The notes: generated by a model not told the origin, from the sequence alone. A stretch of DNA of 64,000 nt from an uncultured Limibaculum sp. (GCA_951813525.2 CATOTJ020000002.1:196954-260953), one strand, 5' to 3'; numbered from the stretch's first letter, positions 19,696-31,260 are shown. A program made the numbers and translations.

Positions 19696-21142
19696 CCAGG
19701 ACACACTGCTTGCGGCCGCATTGATCCGTGAGGACTTCTCAAGCTTTCTTCAGATGTGTTTCGCAACACTGAACCCTGGAGCCTCCTACCTCGACAACTG
19801 GCACATCCGAGCGATTGCCTATCACCTCGAACAGGTCCGCTTGGGCCATCTCAAACGGTTGATCATCTGCATGCCACCGCGCAGCCTGAAGTCGCTTTCG
19901 GCGTCGGTTGCGTTCCCAGCCTTTGTCCATGGGCATGATCCTGGTCAGCACATCATCGCGGTATCGTACGGCCAGGACCTAGCGGCGAAGTTCCAGAATG
20001 ACTATCGGGCAATCCTGGAGACGGGTTGGTATCACCAGATCTATCCAAATACCCGGGTCAGCCGGCGCAAGGACAGCGAGACGGATGTTTTGTTGACCGG
20101 CCGCGGCAGTCGGCTGGCCACCTCGGTCGGGGGCACGCTGACCGGCCGTGGTGCTGATCTCATCATCATCGATGACCCGCTGAAACCCTCAGATGCGTTC
20201 TCGGAGGCCAAGCGTTCGGCCGTCAACGACTGGTTCGGATCGACGTTGATGTCCCGCCTCAACGACAAGGCGGACGGCGCGATCGTGATCGTCACCCAGC
20301 GCGTTCACGCCCATGACCTGGTCGGCCACGTTCTTGAGACGTCGGGTGGCGACTGGACTGTTCTGGAACTTCCGGCGATCGCGGAAGAGCATCAGCGCAT
20401 CCAGATCGGTGACAACCGATGGCACCAAAGATCACCCGGAGGTCTCCTTCACCCTGCACGGGAGTCGCAGAAGGTCCTTGATCAGATGCGCCGGGATATC
20501 GGATCCGACGCTTTTGAAGCACAATACCAACAGCGGCCCGTCCCACCGGGTGGCGCGATGTTCAAGCGAAATTGGCTGCAATACTACACCATCCTGCCCG
20601 AGCTATCGGACGAAGACACCGTCATCCAGAGTTGGGATACCGCGTCGAAAACTGGGCCCGCCAATGACTGGAGCGTATGCACGACGTGGCGGTACTCGAA
20701 TGGCCGCTACTATCTGATCGATCTCGTCCGCAAGAAGGTCGATTACCCCGGGCTGCGCGACCTGGCGATTGAGCAGGCGCAGCTTCACAAGCCGAGGATC
20801 GTTTTGGTCGAGGATAGCAATGTCGGCACGGGGCTGATTGCGGAGCTCAAAGCAAAAGGGATCGATGCCGTTGGTGTCACACCAGAGCAGTCCAAGGAGG
20901 CCCGCGCTTCCGTGCAATCGGCCAAGTTCGAAAGCGGTCGGGTGTACTTTCCCAAACAGGCGCCGTGGCTCTCTGAGCTCGAGGCCGAGCTCCTTGCCTT
21001 CCCCGGAGGACGTCACGACGATCAGGTAGATTCAATTACCCAGGCGCTGGCCTATGACATCCCCGAAACCGGCGGCGTCGATTACATTTATCTCACGCCG
21101 AGGAGATTCGATTACCCATCAAGTTTTGATCCATGGCGGTAA
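19679..21142 (+). CDS. Phage terminase large subunit
   Basis: MPPRSLKS Walker A, LIIIDDP Walker B, YQQRP, SWDTASK and HDDQVDS nuclease motifs. Confidence 0.9.
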   Translation: MTINHSQDTLLAAALIREDFSSFLQMCFATLNPGASYLDNWHIRAIAYHLEQVRLGHLKRLIICMPPRSLKSLSASVAFPAFVHGHDPGQHIIAVSYGQDLAAKFQNDYRAILETGWYHQIYPNTRVSRRKDSETDVLLTGRGSRLATSVGGTLTGRGADLIIIDDPLKPSDAFSEAKRSAVNDWFGSTLMSRLNDKADGAIVIVTQRVHAHDLVGHVLETSGGDWTVLELPAIAEEHQRIQIGDNRWHQRSPGGLLHPARESQKVLDQMRRDIGSDAFEAQYQQRPVPPGGAMFKRNWLQYYTILPELSDEDTVIQSWDTASKTGPANDWSVCTTWRYSNGRYYLIDLVRKKVDYPGLRDLAIEQAQLHKPRIVLVEDSNVGTGLIAELKAKGIDAVGVTPEQSKEARASVQSAKFESGRVYFPKQAPWLSELEAELLAFPGGRHDDQVDSITQALAYDIPETGGVDYIYLTPRRFDYPSSFDPWR

Positions 21143-21436
21143 GTAGATGCTGCGAAAAAGACGGGGGCGAGGGTGACCGCCGTGTTTCAAAGGCGTCGGA
21201 ATCGTCCTGCCCCGGAACGACGTCGCCTCTGCACCCGATCTTGGATGTCGAACCAGACAACGGGGAGAGGCGATATGCGCCAACAATGACGTTCGTTCAT
21301 ACCGCAGCGAAAGACCACTTCGAGTCCAAACCACCGGCGACCGCATTGGAGTGGACTCAACATCTCGAAGGTAGAGCGGGCATTCGTTTGCGGTGCGCTA
21401 CTGGGACCTCCGCACGATACCTGCTGTAGTTCGTGT

Positions 21437-21575
21437 TGAGCGTCCCCCTTTGAACTGGTCCGGATCTATGTTTAGGAAAACGGAGGATCAGGAGTGGCGA
21501 ACAAGCGACCCAAGCCCGAAGAGATTGCCTCAAAGTTGCGGCAGGTTGAGGTGTTGATGGGGCAAGGCATGCCGA
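21437..21575 (+). pseudogene. IS3-family left end and orfA fragment
   Basis: GTG 21494 gives ANKRPKPEEIASKLRQVEVLMGQGMP. Confidence 0.7.
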
Positions 21576-21770
21576 TCCACATGTAACGGTTACTGCAGCG
21601 CAAGGGATTGTCACCTCTTCCAACGTGTACGGGAAGCACAGCACCATCATTGGGGTATTTATCATTTTTACATTTATTTTGAAGTTTTATTTTGATACAA
21701 AGCCCCGGCGGTTGAGCGCAAACAGCGCCAATTTGCACGCCGAAGATGATGCATTGGTTGGGAAGAGCGT

Positions 21771-24700
21771 ATGGCTTTAGGTGAAGTTGGGTCCCTCAGG
21801 CGTGGGGGCTTTGGTGATGGTGAAATCGTTCGAATCGACTTTGCCGAGCCCGTCGAAAATGCCGTCATTCATCTTTCAAGCACAAACAACGGTGGCAATG
21901 AATTCTCTCTTCGTATTGTTGCTTCTGACCCTACGGGATTCTCCTTTAGTCTCGAAGAGTGGGAAGACGAAGATGGACCGCATCCGGCGACGGAGACGAT
22001 TACCTGGATTGCTGTGTCAGCTGGCGTACACCGACTCGCCGACGGAAGAATCGTCGAGGCAGGAATAACGACAGCATCGACAACGACGTCATCAGTTGCA
22101 TTGCAAGGCGACTTTGACTCTGCGCCCGTTGTGCTCACGAATGTCATGAGTCGGAACGAACCCGATGTTGTTGACAGCGATCCATCGAACGTGACCGCTT
22201 CGGGTTTCGATGTACAACTTCAAGAAGGATCGCTTGTTGACGGAATGAATAGCGGTGAAAGCGTTGGCTACATCGCAATCGAGACGGGCGGCGATGGTAG
22301 CGCCGGCTACGCAAGCATCCAGGACGGGCTAAACGACTCCAATGTGAGCTTCTCAATCGGTGGGTCGCTGTCGAATGGCGTCGTTTTCGGTGAAACGCAG
22401 ACCTTACGCGAAGCTGATGCTGGAAATGTCACCATTGATCGTAGGGATATCACAGGGACGGGAAGCAATGCGCGCATGCGCTTTGACGAAGAAACTGGTG
22501 ATGGTGAAAGCAATCACGGTAATGAAATTGTCGGCATTGTTGGATTTGAGAATGGCTTCATCCCTTTCCTACCAACAGCCAACGAAGACGCAATATCGGC
22601 GATAGAAGATGGTCCTACCGTTTCGACCGACCTAACTTCTAATGATCAAGCGACCAACTCGTCAGTTGATCTCGAAATCCTGACGCTGGATACCATCGGC
22701 ACCGCCGGAACAGTGACGCTCAATCCGGACGGCGACGAAGTCAGCTATAACCCGGACGGCCAGTTCGAGAGCCTGGCCGTTGGCGAAACGGCAACCGACA
22801 CTTTCAACTACACGGTCACAGATGGCAACGGCGGCACCGATACCGCGACCGTGGTGATCACGATCAACGGCACCAACGATGCGCCGATCATCGACAGCCC
22901 GGCCCAGGCCGGCACGATCACCGAGACCGCGGACGTGGCGCCGGCGGCGGATGCCGATCCGGCCGATGCGACCGGAACGATCACCTTCGACGATGCCGAC
23001 CTGTCGGACGTGCCGCAGGCGAGCATCACCGCCTCGGGTGTCAGCGCCGGGGCGGCGCTGCTCGACGCGGCGCAGACGGCGGCGCTCCTGGGCAACCTGA
23101 CGCTGGGCACGCTGGTCGACAACCCGGACGGCTCGGGCTCGGTCGGCTGGACCTACAGCGCATCGAACGGCGAGATCGATTTTCTCGGCGCCGGCGACAG
23201 TGTCGAGCTGACCTTCACGGTCACGGTCGACGACCAGATGGGCGGCACCGCCGACCAGGACGTGGTGATCACGATCAACGGCACCAACGATGCGCCGATC
23301 ATCGACAGCCCGGCCCAGGCCGGCACGATCACCGAGACCGCGGACGTGGCGCCGGCGGCGGATGCCGATCCGGCCGATGCGACCGGAACGATCACCTTCG
23401 ACGATGCCGACCTGTCGGACGTGCCGCAGGCGAGCATCACCGCCTCGGGTGTCAGCGCCGGGGCGGCGCTGCTCGACGCGGCGCAGACGGCGGCGCTCCT
23501 GGGCAACCTGACGCTGGGCACGCTGGTCGACAACCCGGACGGCTCGGGCTCGGTCGGCTGGACCTACAGCGCATCGAACGGCGAGATCGATTTTCTCGGC
23601 GCCGGCGACAGTGTCGAGCTGACCTTCACGGTCACGGTCGACGACCAGATGGGCGGCACCGCCGACCAGGACGTGGTGATCACGATCAACGGCACCAACG
23701 ATGCGCCGATCGCGGCAGCTGACGCGGCAATGGTGGCCGAAGATGAACAGGCGGCAACGACGATCGACCTGACGGCCAACGACACAGATCCAGACGGCTC
23801 GGACGACCTGTCGATCCTGACGCTGGATACCACTGGGACTACTGGAACTGTGACGCTCAACCTGGACGGCGATAGCGTCGGCTACAGCCCGAACGGCCAG
23901 TTCGATAGCCTCGCGGTTGGCGAGGCCGCAACCGACACGTTCAGCTACGCCGTGACCGACGGCAACGGCAGCACCGATACCGCGACGGTGACTGTCACAG
24001 TGATGGGCATCAACGACGCCCCAACCGCGGTTGGGGACCGAACGCTGGGCTTCCAAGACCAAACGGTGACGATCGACGTACTTGCCAATGATAGCGACCC
24101 GAACAACGATCCGTTGGTCCTGACCGGTGCGGTGCTGAACGACCCGAACGACGGTAGCGTGGTCGTTAATCCGGACGAGACGGTTACGTTTACGCCGGAT
24201 CCGTCGTTCGCCGGGGTAACCCAGATCGTCTACTCTATCTCGGATGGGCTCGGAGGCAGCGACACGGCGACGCTGACGATCAACGTAATCCCAAACTCGG
24301 CGCCGCTCATCCAAGAGCCGGTGTCGTTCCAGATCGACGAAAACCACACGCAAGCGGCAAGTCTGCAGGCAACTGATGCCGAGAACGACACGCTGACCTG
24401 GTCGATCGTCGGAGGGCCAGACGCGACGTTGTTTAGTGTTAATCCCTCGACCGGGCAACTTAGCTTCTTGACCGCAGCCGACTTCGAGGAACCGCTGGAT
24501 GCCAACGGAGACAATGCCTACGAACTGAACGTCCAAGTCGAGGACAACTTCGGGTCGGACACGCATGCGGTGCTAGTGACGGTGCTGAACGTCGACGACA
24601 ATCCTAATCAGCCGCCTGTGTTCACCAACCCGCCGCACCCTCCGGGGCTTCCGGCACTGTTTATCCTAACAGGGGTATCCCAGGGTGTAGTCGGCATTGT

Positions 24701-24944
24701 CGCAGCGGACGACCCCAATGCCAACGACACGCTCCAGTTCTCACTGTTCGGCGAAGACAACGACATCTTCCAGATTGACAGCTCGACCGGTGAAATCAGC
24801 TTCATCGAAAACGAGTTGACGGGCAGCACGATGCCGCACAGCCTGGACGGCGACCGAGTCTATGAACTGCAGGTTCTGGTCACTGACGGCAACGGCGGAT
24901 CGGATGTGCTGGATCTCGAAATGCCGCTGTTCCTGGGCGGTTGA
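21771..24944 (+). CDS. Large repeat surface protein/adhesin (lectin-like N-terminus, VCBS/Ig/cadherin repeats), 1057 aa
   Basis: Repeated TITINGTNDAP, YNPDGQFESL, DGDNAYELNVQV motifs; acidic, Thr/Asp-rich. Confidence 0.88.
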   Translation: MALGEVGSLRRGGFGDGEIVRIDFAEPVENAVIHLSSTNNGGNEFSLRIVASDPTGFSFSLEEWEDEDGPHPATETITWIAVSAGVHRLADGRIVEAGITTASTTTSSVALQGDFDSAPVVLTNVMSRNEPDVVDSDPSNVTASGFDVQLQEGSLVDGMNSGESVGYIAIETGGDGSAGYASIQDGLNDSNVSFSIGGSLSNGVVFGETQTLREADAGNVTIDRRDITGTGSNARMRFDEETGDGESNHGNEIVGIVGFENGFIPFLPTANEDAISAIEDGPTVSTDLTSNDQATNSSVDLEILTLDTIGTAGTVTLNPDGDEVSYNPDGQFESLAVGETATDTFNYTVTDGNGGTDTATVVITINGTNDAPIIDSPAQAGTITETADVAPAADADPADATGTITFDDADLSDVPQASITASGVSAGAALLDAAQTAALLGNLTLGTLVDNPDGSGSVGWTYSASNGEIDFLGAGDSVELTFTVTVDDQMGGTADQDVVITINGTNDAPIIDSPAQAGTITETADVAPAADADPADATGTITFDDADLSDVPQASITASGVSAGAALLDAAQTAALLGNLTLGTLVDNPDGSGSVGWTYSASNGEIDFLGAGDSVELTFTVTVDDQMGGTADQDVVITINGTNDAPIAAADAAMVAEDEQAATTIDLTANDTDPDGSDDLSILTLDTTGTTGTVTLNLDGDSVGYSPNGQFDSLAVGEAATDTFSYAVTDGNGSTDTATVTVTVMGINDAPTAVGDRTLGFQDQTVTIDVLANDSDPNNDPLVLTGAVLNDPNDGSVVVNPDETVTFTPDPSFAGVTQIVYSISDGLGGSDTATLTINVIPNSAPLIQEPVSFQIDENHTQAASLQATDAENDTLTWSIVGGPDATLFSVNPSTGQLSFLTAADFEEPLDANGDNAYELNVQVEDNFGSDTHAVLVTVLNVDDNPNQPPVFTNPPHPPGLPALFILTGVSQGVVGIVAADDPNANDTLQFSLFGEDNDIFQIDSSTGEISFIENELTGSTMPHSLDGDRVYELQVLVTDGNGGSDVLDLEMPLFLGG
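22851..23711 (+). repeat. In-frame 411-bp tandem duplication (two full units plus 39 bp)
   Basis: GTGGTGATCACGATCAACGGCACCAACGATGCGCCGATC at 22851, 23262, 23673; alternate-frame ORFs identical at offset 411. Confidence 0.95.
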
Positions 24945-24972
24945 GCAGGCACTGTCACGTTAAGGCGCCTAG

Positions 24973-25626
24973 GGTCGAAACTCAATCAAACCATTGAAAC
25001 TGTGTGTCCGTTCTGATTCTGTTGATGAAAATCAGCAGGGGAAGAGCAATGGCAAGCGAGTTTTGGCTTTCAGACAGGGCGTGGGCGGCGATCAAGCCCT
25101 TGCTGGCACAAAACCAACCTGGCGCCCGTCGGGTTGACGACCGTCGCGTAATCAGCGGGATCGTTCATGTCCTGAAATCCGGGTGCCGCTGGAAGGATTG
25201 CCCCTCTGTTTATGGCCCGCGAACGACCGTCTACAACCGGTTCAACCGGTGGAGCTGGAAAGGGCTGTGGGGCCGCATCTTTGCCGAACTGGTTGCGCAA
25301 GCCGAAATCCCCGAGGAGCTGAGCATCGACAGTTCGGCTGTGCGAGCGCATCGCTCGGCTCATGGCGGAAAAGGGGGGCGAAGGCTCAGGCCATCGGGCG
25401 CTCGCGTGGCGGCCCGACCACGAAAATCCATGCCCTGACAGATGCCTGCGGAAGGAACGCGGCCTTCTCGCTGACGCCGGGTAATGTCGCCGATATATCC
25501 GCCGCGCCCGCGCTTCTGGCGGTGATGCCTGCACCGCGCCGCCTAATCGCGGACAAGGGATACGATGCCAACAGCCTGCGCAGGAAGCTCGCCGCGGGCA
25601 GGACTGAAGCCGTCACTCCTTCCACA
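24973..25626 (+). pseudogene. IS5-family (IS427-like) element, 3'-truncated by IS6
   Basis: Follows CTAG; orfA from 25049 (WLSDRAW, DDRRVISGI), A4G6 slip site, orfB breaks at IS6 IR. Confidence 0.85.
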
Positions 25627-26425
25627 GGCACTGTCACGGCAACGCCTTTTGACCGGCGAAGTCGTGAAATTGTAATCTTACGCGGCGACGACCTGGTGCC
25701 AATCGGCCAAGGCCTCGGCACGAAGGATCTTGAGTGCGCGGCGGGAGATCAAATGGCGTTGGACGTTGAAGTGGTTGGCGATGGCGGCATGGGATGCGAG
25801 GAAGCGCTGTGCCGATCCGGGCGACTTGGAACGCAGTTGCTGTCGCTCTCGGCGTCGCGTCGGCTGATGGGAGACCTCCGCCCGGTTGTTCGAGCGCCCG
25901 CCGGTCACGTGACGATTGGTGAGGGCGAGATCGCGTAGGGCGGCGCCATAGGACCGAAGTCCGTCCGTCACGATGTTCTTCGGCACGAAACATTGTCGTT
26001 TCAGCAGTTTCCGCAATAGTTTCAACGCTGCCATTCTGTCCCGCTTCGACTGAACCAGGACGTCGAGCACCTCACCCTAGTTATCGACGGCGTGCCAAAG
26101 ATACACGGTCTTACCACTGATCTTGAGAAAGACTTCGTCCAGGTGCCATCGATCCGATGATTGCGGTCTGCGCCGACGAATCCGGTCGGCGTAGAACCGA
26201 CCGAACTTGAGCACCCAACGCCGGACGGTCTCATCGGAAACATCGATGCCGAGCTCGGCGAGTATGTCCTCGACATCGCGATAACTCAGCGTGAAGCGGA
26301 ATTAGAGCCAGACAGCATGTTGGATGATCGCAGGCGGAAAGCGATGACGGGCGTAGGACAAGCTGTTCATGGGACCTGCTACCGTGCCAAATCTTCCGGC
26401 GCTACGGGGTTAATGTGACAGTGCC
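25627..26425 (-). mobile_element. IS6-family element with inactivated transposase (25678..26370, two nonsense codons)
   Basis: GGCACTGTCAC IRs at both ends; HRFPPAIIQHAVWL*, YLWHAVDN*GEVLD, NNRAEVSHQPTRRRE. Confidence 0.88.
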
Positions 26426-26668
26426 CTCTGGCGGTCAATGAAATACGAATGCGTCTATCTGCACGCCTGGGAGGCCGGATCAGAGGCCAAGGCCGGGATC
26501 GGAAAGTGGATGGCGTTTTACAACCGTAAGCGCCCCCATTCCGCCCTTGGTGGTAGACCGCCAGCCGTGGTCTATTGCGAGAGAAACGAAACCAGCCACC
26601 CCGATCAGCAGGAGCAAAGAGTAGCTTAAACTACGCCAAATTTTGTCCTGCGATCGGGGAGTAGCTCA
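26426..26668 (+). pseudogene. IS3-family orfB 3' remnant with right end
   Basis: KYECVYLHAWE...YNRKRPHSALGGRPP; ends ggggagtagctCA. Confidence 0.8.
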
Positions 26669-26751
26669 AACTTCACAGTGCCGAAGATGGAAGGAAACTT
26701 GCCGAAATGATACTCTGCCCTCGTTGGCATTGCGTCGAGGAGGGTATAACA

Positions 26752-27096
26752 ATGCAGCGTTTGTCACGTTTCTTGTGCTGTGCATTCGTTACAGCTTCCC
26801 CTGCTTTTGCGGATGGTGACTACAACCGAGGAAAGGTGCTCGCCAAGCAATGGGAATGCACAAACTGTCACGGGTTGACCGGAAATGAGCGCTGGCCAGA
26901 CACTCCAGGCCTAGCCGCCGTGCCAATGCTTGCGGGTCAACCGGCCAAATATTTGGTTAAGTCGTTGCGGGAGTTCGGAGCTGGTGATCGGATCGACGAC
27001 AGCGAGCTCAAAAAGATGTCCCTAATAAGCCAGAGTTTGAACGATCAAGATATGGAAGACATAGCTGCATACTTCTCTGCTCAAAAGCGATACTGA
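26752..27096 (+). CDS. Periplasmic monoheme class I cytochrome c (c553/c4-like)
   Basis: Signal peptide, CTNCH, P.LAGQ, distal M, DMEDIAAYF; GAGGAGG RBS. Confidence 0.85.
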   Translation: MQRLSRFLCCAFVTASPAFADGDYNRGKVLAKQWECTNCHGLTGNERWPDTPGLAAVPMLAGQPAKYLVKSLREFGAGDRIDDSELKKMSLISQSLNDQDMEDIAAYFSAQKRY

Positions 27097-27180
27097 AGCT
27101 TAAATTGGGTTCACAGCTGCCATCTGAGGGTTTGTGTTGGGTTTTTCCAACGTGATCAGCACTTAATGGCAAGTGTCGGG

Positions 27181-27717
27181 AGATGCTGTTGAAAAACTCG
27201 TCATTGAAGTAGTGACTGATCGTTGATCCAATCCCCGTGGATTGGAAGAGGCGGGTACGATGTTGGTGCCGAGGCAAGAGGCGCAAGGCGCGCTGTTCTA
27301 CGAGTTTTCGATCGAGGGCGCCGTTCCCGTCGACCATATTCTGAGAAGGATCGACCGTTTCGTTGATCTGTCAGACATTCGCGGTTTCCTCGCTCCCTTT
27401 TATAGTTTGACTGGTCGCCCCTCGATTGATCTAGAGTTGATGGTCAGGATGCTGATCTTGGAGTACTGTATGGGCATCCGGTCAGAGCGGCGTCTTTGCG
27501 AAGACGTTCATCTCAACCTTGCGTACCGGTGGTTCTGTCGTCTCGACCTGGCAGATCCGGTTCCGGATCATTCGACATTCTCGAAGAACCGCCATGGTAG
27601 GTTCCGCGACAGCGACCTCTTCCGCCACCTTTTCGAGCAAGTGCTAGAGCGCTGCATCGCGGAGGGTTTGATAGGCGGCGATCAGTTTGGGGTCAACGCC
27701 TCGCTGATCAAGGCTGA
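27181..27717 (+). pseudogene. IS1182-family element, truncated by IS3
   Basis: gctgttgaaaaactc end; DHILRRID, GRPSIDLE, SERRLCE, PDHSTFSKNR; stops at IS3 IR. Confidence 0.85.
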
Positions 27718-28937
27718 TGACCTGAGCCCCAAGTTTCCTCCGGCGTTCGGAGAGTCCTTGGTTTGGGTTTGATGGTGCTACGCTGCGATCCTGTCCACTT
27801 TTATCTTCTCTGCAAATTCCATGGGTGTCAAATTTCCCAGTGCCGAATGTGGTCTGTGCCGGTTGTAGTCAGTCCGCCATTCTTGCAGGCCGTCTCGGGC
27901 GTCGCTGAGCGACGTGAACAGGGTCTCGTTCAGAAACTCGTCCCGCAGCCTTCCATTGAAGCTTTCGATGAAGGCGTTCTGGGTCGGCTTGCCGGGCGCT
28001 ATGTAGTGCCATCCGACGCCGGTCTCCTGGCACCAACGCAGCACTGCCATGCTGGTCATCTCGGTTCCGTTGTCTGAGACGATGGTGTTGGGCAGACCGC
28101 GGCTTGCAGTGATCCTGCTCAACTCCCGCGTCATCCGAAGCCCCGACAGGGACGTGTCCGCGACCAAGGCAAGGTTTTCACGGGTGAAATCGTCCACGAC
28201 GGCCAGGATCCGAAACCGCCGTCCGTCTGTGAATCGATCAGACACGAAGTCCAGGCTCCAGCGTTGGTTCGGGCCATCGGGCATAACCATTGGCCGTCGT
28301 GTCCCCAAGGCGCGCTTCCTGCCGCCTCTGCGGCGCACCTGCAGCCGTTCTTCGGCATAGATCCGTCGGACTTTCTTGATGTTCACTTCGAAACCCTCCC
28401 GGCACAGCATGACGTGGATACGGCGGTATCCGAACCGGCGACGGTCACCGGCGATCCGTCGGATGGCCTCGCGCAGATCGACGTCTTCAACGCGGCGTGA
28501 CCGGTACCGCACCGTCGATCGGTCAATGTTCAGAGTGGCGCACGCCCGGCGCTCGCTGACACCGTGGGCATCCCGCAGATGCGCCACAGCCAGCCTCTTG
28601 GCACCAGGCGTCACCACTTTTTTGAGTTCACATCCCGAAGCATCGTGATGTCCAGCATCTGCTCGGCGACCAGCTTCTTCAGGCGGGAATTCTCGTCCTC
28701 GAGATGCCGCAGCCGTTTGGCGTCCGAAGGCTCCATCCCGCCGAACTTGGATTTGTACTTGTAGAACGTACCCTGGCTGATCCCATAACGGCGGCAAATG
28801 TCAGGGGCCCTCTCACCAGCTTCGTGCTCTTTAAGCATCTGGATGATCTGTTCGTCGCTGAATCTCGGCTTCATGTTTGGTCCTCTCTCAATGGAGAACT
28901 CTACCATTCCGTGGAGGAGATTCAGGGGCTCAGGTCA
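27718..28937 (-). mobile_element. Complete IS3-family (IS407-like) element; orfA 28611..28874, orfB ~27778..28614
   Basis: TGACCTGAGCCCC terminal IRs; A6G frameshift motif; DDE core; no target duplication visible. Confidence 0.93.
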
Positions 28938-29484
28938 CCGGCTGTTCGTTCCGCGTGCAGCGAAGGTCCGATTGCGGTCCGCCAGCACCTGTAAGATGAA
29001 AGTCTTCAATCGCGCAGAGATCCCAGTAGTCCACGACGGGCGAAGGTCCGGTTCTCCCTTGAGACTTCCAATCTTCCGCGATGCAGCATTCGTCAACAAG
29101 GGCTCCAACCAGACATCTCTTGCAGCGCAAGATCGCCGATTCCGCACGCTGCTTCCGTCGTCAGTTACGGCCCGCACCGGCCATTTGCCGGTGTCGTTGA
29201 TGCTGCGGTCGCGTCCCCGTTTCCCGCCATTCGCCGCGGCAGCGAAATCTTACTTGGTGACTTCGGCAGGTGTCGGGGACAAAGCGGAAATAGCGGGTTT
29301 AATAACCACGATTCCGCAAGTCGGGGATGATGTAAAAAAAGTCATTCCAGAACTGAATCAGTATTGGTTGAACACGTCACCAAAGACAATTTGTTCCAGT
29401 AAGGGCACTAAGGATGATATAATCCCCTCCAGAGACGGTTAAATAAACAGAAAATGTTCACCAATTTTTTATCGGAGACATAAT

Positions 29485-31119
29485 ATGGCGCACCATTTAC
29501 ACGTATGGTCCGACATTCCGGGGCATCGTTCCATATCTACCGAGGGTCCAGCCAAGGCGCACGCTGACAACGATCCAGATGGCGTGGCTATCGAAGTCCG
29601 TAGTTTCAAGGATTTCGAGAAGGCTTTGGGTGAATTGGCCTACGACGGATATCTGTTCGACCGCGCCGACATCCATTGCCACGGCAGCCCAGGAAAGATT
29701 TATCTTGGCCGTGACAAGGTCGGCTATGAAGACGTGGACGCGCTGCGCGCCAGCGGACACCAGAATGGCTACGGATCATTGTTCAAGGCCGACAGCATCT
29801 TCAAACTAGGGTCTGTGGACATTCATCTTGACGCGATGAGCGCAGCAGCGAGGTTCCAGCAGGCGGCGTAGCTGCAATCAGTTTTGTCGTACCGCGTGGC
29901 TATGCCTCTGAATTCCTTTATCTTTGCGAAGTAGTTTTCGACGAGATGCCGCCATTTGTAGACCTCAATGTCGTAGGCGCGCTTTATCTTTCGATTGCCC
30001 TTAGGCGGGATCACGGCGGTTGCGCCGCGCGCATCGAGTTCTTTCAGCAGCCAATTCGCGTCAAATGCCCTGTCCGCGAGCAGGGCATCGAACGAAACAT
30101 CTTTGATCAGCGGCGCGACACCCTTCATATCGTGCGCCTGTCCCGGCAGAAGCAGGAACCGCACCAGGTTCCCAAGCGCATCGACCAGCGCTACGATCTT
30201 GGTCGTCAGCCCGCCACGCGAGCGTCCGATGGCCTGAGCCTGAGCCCCCCTTTTGCGCCGGTGGCTTTCTGGTGAACCTGAACAATGGTGCCATCGATAA
30301 GCGCATATTCAAGGTCGGGGTCATCACTCACCGCCTTGAAAAGACTCTCGAAAACACCTGCTTTGGCCCATCGCCGGAAGCGCCGGAACTGGCTGTTCCA
30401 ATTTCCAAAAGCGGGCGGCAGGTCACGCCACGGTGACCCCGTGCGCACACGCCAGAACACAGCCTCCACAAACAGCCGGTTATTCTTCGCGGTCACGCCG
30501 CTGTCGCTGGCTTTGCCTGGAAGGTGGGGTTCAAGCCGCTGCCACAAAACATCTGTCACCACAAACCGCTGCTCGTTCATTCAAACCTCCGTTTCGAAAG
30601 TTTGAATCAGAAATCAGATCAAATGGGAATCCTGATTGTCCACGGACCCTAGTTGGATGCAATGTTGGCCAATATGCCGCAGGCGAATACTTCCTGACCA
30701 TTTTCGCTGAGGTCTTCGTTGGCCGGAACGGCGGCTGGGTCGGGGGCAACACTGGGCTGGGACTGAACACCGAGAACGCCCCTCATCCGTTCGGGAACTG
30801 GGTCTGGGCCCATGCGGCGGGTGGGGCGACAACAGGGATGTCCGGGCACAGCTGGCTGACCGATGCGTCGATCAAGAAGCGGTGCGAGGATGCCAGCAAC
30901 CTGCTGAAGCATCTGAAAAACCGATGGGGCAAACCTGTCACATTCGAGGTTGAAACCTTCATACTGGAGCGGATCAAAGTGGCGCGTCAACACCTAGCGC
31001 TGGCCTCGAGGGACCGGTTCAGCTTGCTTTATATCGCCTGCGAGCATCTGGACCATGCCGAAGCCCGGTTGAAGAGGATCGTATGGGAACAAAGTCACCT
31101 GTATTCCGATCGGCATTGA
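29485..31119 (+). pseudogene. DUF4347/caspase-like-fold hypothetical protein (~263 aa) split by IS5
   Basis: Removing IS plus one CTAG restores ...IHCHGSPG...IFKLVGCNVG... in frame. Confidence 0.7.
29810..30648 (-). mobile_element. IS5-family (IS427-like) element, intact
   Basis: IRs GGTC(T/C)GTGGACA; CTAG at 29806..29809 and 30649..30652; orfA 30206..30580, orfB to 29823, A4G6 slip. Confidence 0.93.
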
Positions 31120-31260
31120 ATTCTGAGCCCACCTCGATGCGGCCTCGGGTTGAATGGGCTCTAACCCGTCATCCATTGCACCGCCGGGATCTGATGTAAT
31201 GTCTCCTTGCCAACGTCTGGTTGGCAGGGTGGATGGGAGCTTCAACTCGGAAGATCCATC

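Noticed and set aside
17787-21142. Intact prophage or GTA cluster
   Set aside because: Only terminase-module genes are present; no portal, capsid, tail or lysis ORF is recognisable in the window.
22851-23711. CRISPR or non-coding repeat array
   Set aside because: Repeats are 411 bp, in frame within a CDS, with no spacers and no cas genes. No CRISPR array was seen anywhere in the window.
25183-25938. 251-aa chimeric ORF
   Set aside because: IS5 orfB reading into the antisense strand of IS6.
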